This document shows positions 58,672 through 64,000 of a DNA stretch of 64,000 nt, piece after piece. The translations under genes and the position numbers were made by a program. Location of the stretch: the IMG/VR virus record IMGVR_UViG_3300028392_000038, positions 1 through 64,000 of that record; one strand, 5' to 3'. The notes under the pieces are model-generated. The model was not told where the DNA came from. It did not search any database and saw nothing but the letters and a program-made list of their open reading frames with translations. How positions within the stretch are numbered: position 1 is the stretch's first letter; every line of letters begins with the position of its first letter. Origin of the DNA: a virus.

Positions 58672-59259
58672 ATGTCATACACAAGAGAACAAATACAATC
58701 TGCTATTTTAGCAAAAGGATATCTTTGGTTTGAAGATGATTCAAAGGGTCCAAACATTGTTGGGGTCAGAAACTCAGCAACTGGTCAAGTGGTAACAAAC
58801 GCATTTGATGATACTTTAACAATATCTTATAAAGAAAATGGTGAATGGAAATTTAATTCTTGGCCAGCAACTACTGACCCTGGTAAAAAAGGTGTTTTAG
58901 AATACCACAATGCTGCTGGTGTTGCTAGATTAGTTGAAGGTCAATATATCGGATCACATGGAATTGGATTACACCAAGGAAAATATGAAGCTCTTAGACA
59001 AGCAAAAAATGTTAAAGTTTATAGAGATGCTAATAAGGACTTAACTTATAATGAGGATAAAACACAAGAAGGTGTTTTTGGTATTAATATTCATAAGGCT
59101 GGAGCTGATTCTACCTATGTAGAAAACTGGTCAGAAGGATGTCAAGTATTCAAAAAATCTGCCGACTTTGATGCGTTTATGATTATATGTAATAAGTTCA
59201 AATCTAAAAATGGTAACTCATTTACTTATACTTTAATTGAATCATCTGATATAAAATAA
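58672..59259 (+). CDS. YkuD/L,D-transpeptidase-like cysteine enzyme (possible cell-wall hydrolase)
   Basis: GINIH-x11-SEGC motif resembles the HxxSxGC catalytic signature. Confidence 0.55.
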   Translation: MSYTREQIQSAILAKGYLWFEDDSKGPNIVGVRNSATGQVVTNAFDDTLTISYKENGEWKFNSWPATTDPGKKGVLEYHNAAGVARLVEGQYIGSHGIGLHQGKYEALRQAKNVKVYRDANKDLTYNEDKTQEGVFGINIHKAGADSTYVENWSEGCQVFKKSADFDAFMIICNKFKSKNGNSFTYTLIESSDIK

Positions 59260-59271
59260 TTAAAACATAAT

Positions 59272-59301
59272 AAAAAAGACCTCTCATTTGGGAGGTTTTT
59301 T
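59272..59301 (+). terminator. Intrinsic terminator
   Basis: AAAGACCTCTCA-TT-TGGGAGGTTTTT followed by a T-tract. Confidence 0.75.
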
Positions 59302-59347
59302 GTTTTTAAATAACTAAACAAAAGTTGATATTTAAGATACAAAATAA

Positions 59348-59758
59348 ATGGAAGAGCTGGATAGATTTTTACATTTCTTATTAGAGAATATAGATGATAG
59401 AAGAGTGCATATTTCTAAGAAAGTAAAATATGGGTTCCAACATTTCTATCTAACATTTAATATAGACCAGGTAGATAAAGATGGACAAAAGTTGTATCAC
59501 AATAACATACTATCTATTACAATAGATAACAGAAATAATTGTATTGATATAGATTCAGAGATAAATGGTAAGTCTATTGTTATAGAAGATGAAGAGTTTG
59601 TTAGAAGGTGGTCTACTATCTTAGATGAATTTTTAAGTAGAGAGATTACTCAAAAGATATCTGGTATTATAGATATAACTCTAAGCTCTTGTGAGAATAA
59701 GAATTTACACAGAGATTATAAAATGAAAAAAATATTTAAAGACGATGAATCTATATAA
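59348..59758 (+). CDS. Hypothetical protein
   Basis: 136 aa; C-terminal HRDYKMKKIFK is a variant of the RxxKLxxIL motif. Confidence 0.65.
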   Translation: MEELDRFLHFLLENIDDRRVHISKKVKYGFQHFYLTFNIDQVDKDGQKLYHNNILSITIDNRNNCIDIDSEINGKSIVIEDEEFVRRWSTILDEFLSREITQKISGIIDITLSSCENKNLHRDYKMKKIFKDDESI

Positions 59759-60239
59759 TCAAGAAGAAGTAGATAGAATTAATAAAGTTAAAGATACCAA
59801 TGATAAATTAGAAGATTTCTTTAATGGAAAAAGAGGAGAGTGGAATAAAATTGTTGAACCACTTTTTAAAGTTCTCACTACCGATTTATCTAATCCTTCA
59901 AATTCTAAACACATATTAGAAGCTCAGTCTTTAGCTCTAACACATAGACAACAGATTAATGAACAGATTAATTTCTTCTTAAATAAAAGAAGTAAGGAGA
60001 CTACTAAGATTAAGAAATTAAGACAAGATAAGTTTGTATTTTATGCTACTGGATTTGGAATCAAAACAAACTTGGGTGAAAAAGGAATTCTTATTGACGG
60101 TCACTTAGCAGAAAATGATAGATCATTGGAACTAATAGAATCTTATATTGAATTCCTAAGAGATACTGTGAGAAATTTAGAAAGTTTATCTTATTCAATT
60201 AAGAATATGATTGAGTTATTGAATTACTTAGGTAAGTAA
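59745..60239 (+). CDS. UvsY-like recombination mediator (tentative)
   Basis: Helical 164-aa protein; C-terminal IEFLRDTVRNLESLSYSIKNMIE resembles the end of T4-like UvsY. Confidence 0.5.
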   Translation: MNLYNQEEVDRINKVKDTNDKLEDFFNGKRGEWNKIVEPLFKVLTTDLSNPSNSKHILEAQSLALTHRQQINEQINFFLNKRSKETTKIKKLRQDKFVFYATGFGIKTNLGEKGILIDGHLAENDRSLELIESYIEFLRDTVRNLESLSYSIKNMIELLNYLGK

Positions 60240-61366
60240 TGCTTAACTTCTATTCCAAGCTTTTTAAGTTCTTCATGTCCTTGGCAACAATCATCACAAA
60301 GTTCATCTTTACCATATGAACCAGGATAAACTAAATTCATGTATAATTTACCGTTGCAACGATCACAAGGATCACATTCACCTGTTACAGAATGTAACAT
60401 ATAATCACCCTCACTTGGTAGGTTAGAAAGTAGTTTTTTCTTTTCATCTAAGAAACACATAGTATCAATAAATGGATAATGTTTAAAGTCACCATCTAAT
60501 TTAACAGTTACCTCACCAAAGACATCTTTGCCCTTATATACAAATAAAACATTGTTTTCAATATATGAGTTCATTTTCTTTTTATATAGGAACCCATTAT
60601 CTTCAGCGAATTTCTTAAATCTTAATTCATCAGAATCACGATTAACATAAACTCTGTCCATGAAATACTTAGCCTCACAAGGAGAACTTTTTAATTTCCA
60701 AACAATAGCTCTTCCGTGTATCATATCATCTTTATCTACATAAATAAGCAATTGAACCTTTGATTCATTTTCTGTATAAATATCAAATGTTTTCTTACTC
60801 TCATCCGACATACAAGATCCACCTAAACTACCAGATCTACTAAAGTATTTTTTCTCATTATAATATTTTGCAATATCAGATCCTTTAACTAATTTGAATG
60901 ACATAGAAGTATCTATTTTAGATGCTTTGAAAGCATTAACAAAGTTTTCTATATCTTTATCTTTAACATCATCAAGATCACCACTATCATCATTGATTAA
61001 ATCAACAAGATATTTAATTATCTTTCCAATTTTAACCTCGTTTCTACCTTTCATTGTATATGGTAGGGAAGCATCATCATCCGGATCCCAATCTTCAGGA
61101 ACCTTAGTATTCATTATAAATGATAACTTATCATTTGAATCAGTTAGATCAAAATAGTTTTGTTTAACATCAGAATCATCAAAATAATTCTGATCATCAA
61201 TAATATCAATAATAGCTTGTGATATTTCACCTACTTTACCTTTTTCTTTTGAAAGGTTTTGTAACTTAAACATGAAATCGGATGACCCATAAATTTCAGC
61301 TTCTAAAAGTAATAATAAATTACTCTTGAAACTCTCTAACAAAAAACTATTGTATTTCTTAATCAT
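60224..61366 (-). CDS. Phage protein with GSCM / GRAxxW / MDRxY motifs and capsid-targeting-like N-terminus
   Basis: Motifs visible; N-terminal domain resembles that of the 8035 peptidase; C-terminal Cys pairs. Confidence 0.7.
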   Translation of the reverse strand: MIKKYNSFLLESFKSNLLLLLEAEIYGSSDFMFKLQNLSKEKGKVGEISQAIIDIIDDQNYFDDSDVKQNYFDLTDSNDKLSFIMNTKVPEDWDPDDDASLPYTMKGRNEVKIGKIIKYLVDLINDDSGDLDDVKDKDIENFVNAFKASKIDTSMSFKLVKGSDIAKYYNEKKYFSRSGSLGGSCMSDESKKTFDIYTENESKVQLLIYVDKDDMIHGRAIVWKLKSSPCEAKYFMDRVYVNRDSDELRFKKFAEDNGFLYKKKMNSYIENNVLFVYKGKDVFGEVTVKLDGDFKHYPFIDTMCFLDEKKKLLSNLPSEGDYMLHSVTGECDPCDRCNGKLYMNLVYPGSYGKDELCDDCCQGHEELKKLGIEVKHYLPK

Positions 61367-61415
61367 ATAACTAAATAATTTTGATTACATATATATAAAA
61401 AATTAAATATCATAA

Positions 61416-61790
61416 ATGAAATTACCAAAATTTATTCTTAAAAAAGATTGGAATATAGAACCTGAATTTGCCGGTATAAAAAATAAAATACTAATATTTA
61501 GTAAAGGTAAAGTATTTGAGGCGGATGATAATGGTGATTACATTATTGAATCACTTTATGGTAGAATGGTATCAGATGTTGAAGGTATGAAATCAGCTAA
61601 TGATAATGGTGATATTCTTTTTGATATAATAGAAGAAAAGAAAGATATTGAAATTAAAGTTGAAGAAGTATCTGATAATGATGAAGAAATAATTAAAAAC
61701 TGGAGGATCCAATTAGATGTTAAGACTTCAAGAAAGAAGTTAAAGGAAATTGAAAAAATCATCAATGAAAAAGTAAAAGAAATATTATAA
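61416..61790 (+). CDS. Hypothetical protein
   Basis: 124-aa ORF. Confidence 0.65.
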   Translation: MKLPKFILKKDWNIEPEFAGIKNKILIFSKGKVFEADDNGDYIIESLYGRMVSDVEGMKSANDNGDILFDIIEEKKDIEIKVEEVSDNDEEIIKNWRIQLDVKTSRKKLKEIEKIINEKVKEIL

Positions 61791-61809
61791 TTTATCCGTA
61801 TATTTGTAT

Positions 61810-62160
61810 ATGAATCTATCTCTTATATTTATAAGTATATTACCAGTAGTAATAATCATCTATCTATTTTTTAAAATGTATTTAAATAGTAGAAAGAGAG
61901 AACAGCAATTAGATATAATAGACCATTGGTCAGAGTTTAATCAAACATTAATAGATTGGGGAGAAGAAATATCAGATATTCATATGAAACATGAGTATAC
62001 ACACTTTTGTGCGTCCGAAATTTCTAGAGGATTTAAAAATGAGGATAACCATGAATGGGATAAGAGAATTAGAAAAGAAGTGATTGATAAGTTTATAAAT
62101 CACATACCTTCACTTAAACAAGAAGTAAGAGAAGAAAAAATAAACAAAATATTAAAATAA
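61810..62160 (+). CDS. Membrane-anchored protein ending in VREEKINKILK
   Basis: N-terminal transmembrane helix; ATG 61810 lies just after the TATATTTG box. Confidence 0.65.
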   Translation: MNLSLIFISILPVVIIIYLFFKMYLNSRKREQQLDIIDHWSEFNQTLIDWGEEISDIHMKHEYTHFCASEISRGFKNEDNHEWDKRIRKEVIDKFINHIPSLKQEVREEKINKILK

Positions 62161-62170
62161 CTAAAAATAT

Positions 62171-63250
62171 ATGAAAGTAAACACCTCTCCAGTAACTTAT
62201 TCATCCATCGTTGAGATTGGAGAATTAGCAGCAAAATTAGAAAAAGAAACCGGTGACAAATATCTTAAACTTCATCGTGGAGTTATGGATGTCACAACAA
62301 TAGACTTGAACTCGTTTTCTCAAAAAATTGATTTCAATCAAAAGAAAATCCAACAATATGGTGGCAATGATGGTGATGCCAACCTTATTGAAACTATAAA
62401 AGATAAATTTCATCTTAAAGACCATTATGTAATGACTGTTCCTGGTGGAATGGCTACATTAGACGTAGTTATCAACTCACTATCAGATAAAACATTCTGG
62501 GTTCCTAAATATCATTGGGGTTCTTGGAATAAGATTCTTACTATTCACGGTAAAGACATCAAAACATTTAATGACTTTGATATTAGAAATGCTGCAGTTG
62601 GTGAAGGTGTTGTAATGTTATGTTACCCTTCAAATCCAACAGGTTATGCTCCTAAATTTGAAGACTTAAAAGCATTTGCTGATGTTTGTAAAGAAAGAAA
62701 TCAAACTCTTATTCTAGACTTACCATACTATTACTTATTCAATGAAATGTCTGATAAAATCTATGAACTTTATTCAGATAATGTTATTGTTATTTCTTCA
62801 TTTTCTAAATCAGTTGGTTTATCGGGATTAAGAGTTGGTTATATCGCTACTAAGAATAAAGAATTATATGATACTATGAAGATTCGTTCTTTATATAAGT
62901 ATAACTCTATCTCAACAATTCCTCAAGAAATTATCAATCAGTTACTTACTTCTAATCAAGGTCAAACGGCATTTGATAATTACAGAATGAAAACAAAAGA
63001 ACATGTTACAAAGAACATTCAATATTTATCAGAGAATGGTTTGTTATTTGATGAATATACGGATATTCCAACCGGTCCATTTGCTATTATCAATAAAACT
63101 TTTGATGAATTACTTTCAGTTAAAATTTCAAGTGTTCCCCTAAATAAATTCACATTCAAAAATACTGAAGAACATTTAAAAAACTTATCAAGAATTTCTG
63201 TATCAGTAGACCATGATTTGTTTGTGGAGTATTTTGATAGACTGAAATGA
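62171..63250 (+). CDS. PLP-dependent class I/II aminotransferase
   Basis: YPSNPTG, ILDLPY and SFSKSVGLSGLRVGY (PLP lysine) motifs. Confidence 0.88.
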   Translation: MKVNTSPVTYSSIVEIGELAAKLEKETGDKYLKLHRGVMDVTTIDLNSFSQKIDFNQKKIQQYGGNDGDANLIETIKDKFHLKDHYVMTVPGGMATLDVVINSLSDKTFWVPKYHWGSWNKILTIHGKDIKTFNDFDIRNAAVGEGVVMLCYPSNPTGYAPKFEDLKAFADVCKERNQTLILDLPYYYLFNEMSDKIYELYSDNVIVISSFSKSVGLSGLRVGYIATKNKELYDTMKIRSLYKYNSISTIPQEIINQLLTSNQGQTAFDNYRMKTKEHVTKNIQYLSENGLLFDEYTDIPTGPFAIINKTFDELLSVKISSVPLNKFTFKNTEEHLKNLSRISVSVDHDLFVEYFDRLK

Positions 63251-63259
63251 ATTAAAACT

Positions 63260-63290
63260 AAAAACCCTCTGATTAATCAGAGGGTTTTTT
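63260..63290. terminator. Bidirectional terminator
   Basis: AAAAACCCTCTGATT/AATCAGAGGGTTTTT. Confidence 0.85.
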
Positions 63291-64000
63291 TATTTTTTAA
63301 AATTATCTGAATAGGTAAAATTAGCATTTAAGTTTGGCTGAGTAGGTTTATCATTCACAGGAACCTCAATATTTTTAAATTTTTCTTCAACTTCTTTTGG
63401 GTTACAGTATTTAGGATTCATTACTACAACCATATCATAATTCAAAGGTTCTGAGCTTAATATCTTTGGGTCTCCTGTTTTTATCCAAATATAATCACTT
63501 TCTTTGAATAAATGTTGATATACACTTTTTTTAACTTCTGGACTAGACCCGCTCTCACTTACTATATATCCAACATTTGGATCATCTAATAAAGCTCTAT
63601 AAACTTTATAACCAAAATGCTCAATGTCTAATGTCGGTAGATTTTCACCTTTTGAACCTTCAAATCCTGTTTCTTGATTTGGTTCGTATTTTTGACCACC
63701 TGGTTTTTTCCCATGATACCAATGTATTTGATTTTTAGGAGTCAATATAATATAGTTCATATTCTTCCAAACTTCCCAAGCAGTTGTATCAGCAGTCCAT
63801 TCATACTTAGTGTATTGATTATCGCGGTTAGTCTCTAATCCTTTGTACCAGAATGATTGCATAGAACCAGGTTCACCCATTTTATGATCTTTCATTTTTT
63901 TCATAACACTGATACCTTCCTCGTCATTAAAAAATATATCAAAAGATTTTGCACCAGGTTCACTTACACCACGTTTATCTTTTGATAACAAAACAGATAC
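63290..64000 (-). CDS. Hypothetical protein, probably 5'-truncated by the window edge
   Basis: Open frame runs to the window end. Confidence 0.55.
   Translation of the reverse strand, partial: VSVLLSKDKRGVSEPGAKSFDIFFNDEEGISVMKKMKDHKMGEPGSMQSFWYKGLETNRDNQYTKYEWTADTTAWEVWKNMNYIILTPKNQIHWYHGKKPGGQKYEPNQETGFEGSKGENLPTLDIEHFGYKVYRALLDDPNVGYIVSESGSSPEVKKSVYQHLFKESDYIWIKTGDPKILSSEPLNYDMVVVMNPKYCNPKEVEEKFKNIEVPVNDKPTQPNLNANFTYSDNFKK

Noticed and set aside
9147-62425. Short antisense ORFs overlapping assigned genes (e.g. 9147, 23603, 48318, 48908, 49490, 50820, 53276, 56762, 60894, 61556, 62237)
   Set aside because: They overlap better-supported genes on the other strand and show the composition expected of antisense frames.
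1-64000. Stop-codon reassignment as seen in some jumbo phages
   Set aside because: Genes are full-length and densely packed under code 11, and TAG and TGA both end genes at sensible positions (e.g. 19074, 63250).

Overview
AT-rich segment of a very large T4-like (myovirus/jumbo-type) phage genome. It uses the standard genetic code, and the host is probably a Bacteroidota bacterium (no Shine-Dalgarno sequences, TAnnTTTG boxes, a lipoprotein carrying D-S/T-x glycosylation motifs). Left to right: (1) Head module: portal, prohead protease fused to a repeat-rich scaffold, major capsid protein. (2) Translation-rescue/counter-defence cluster: NFACT-R protein, M28 peptidase, a tmRNA with an unusual 29-aa tag, NADAR, Dam-like methylase. 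(3) Two convergent glyco-modification operons: methyltransferase, GT4, Aah/TibC-like protein O-heptosyltransferase, sulfotransferase, GT9-like. (4) A 27-kb minus-strand block of probable virion fibre genes: a ~50-repeat TISGG beta-solenoid, six LamG domains, and three proline-free (Gly-Ser/Thr-Ser)n proteins of up to 2448 aa. (5) Accessory genes: nucleotidyltransferase, GH19 lysin, methylase, WYL, PPK2, homing endonuclease, YkuD-like, UvsY-like, aminotransferase. The strongest candidates for new biology are a phage-encoded virion glycosylation/sulfation system sitting next to its likely Ser/Thr-rich substrates, a family of enzymes carrying a T4-internal-protein-like capsid-targeting N-terminus, the rewired tmRNA, and three promoter classes that mostly yield leaderless mRNAs. 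All family assignments come from motif recognition by eye; no searches were run.
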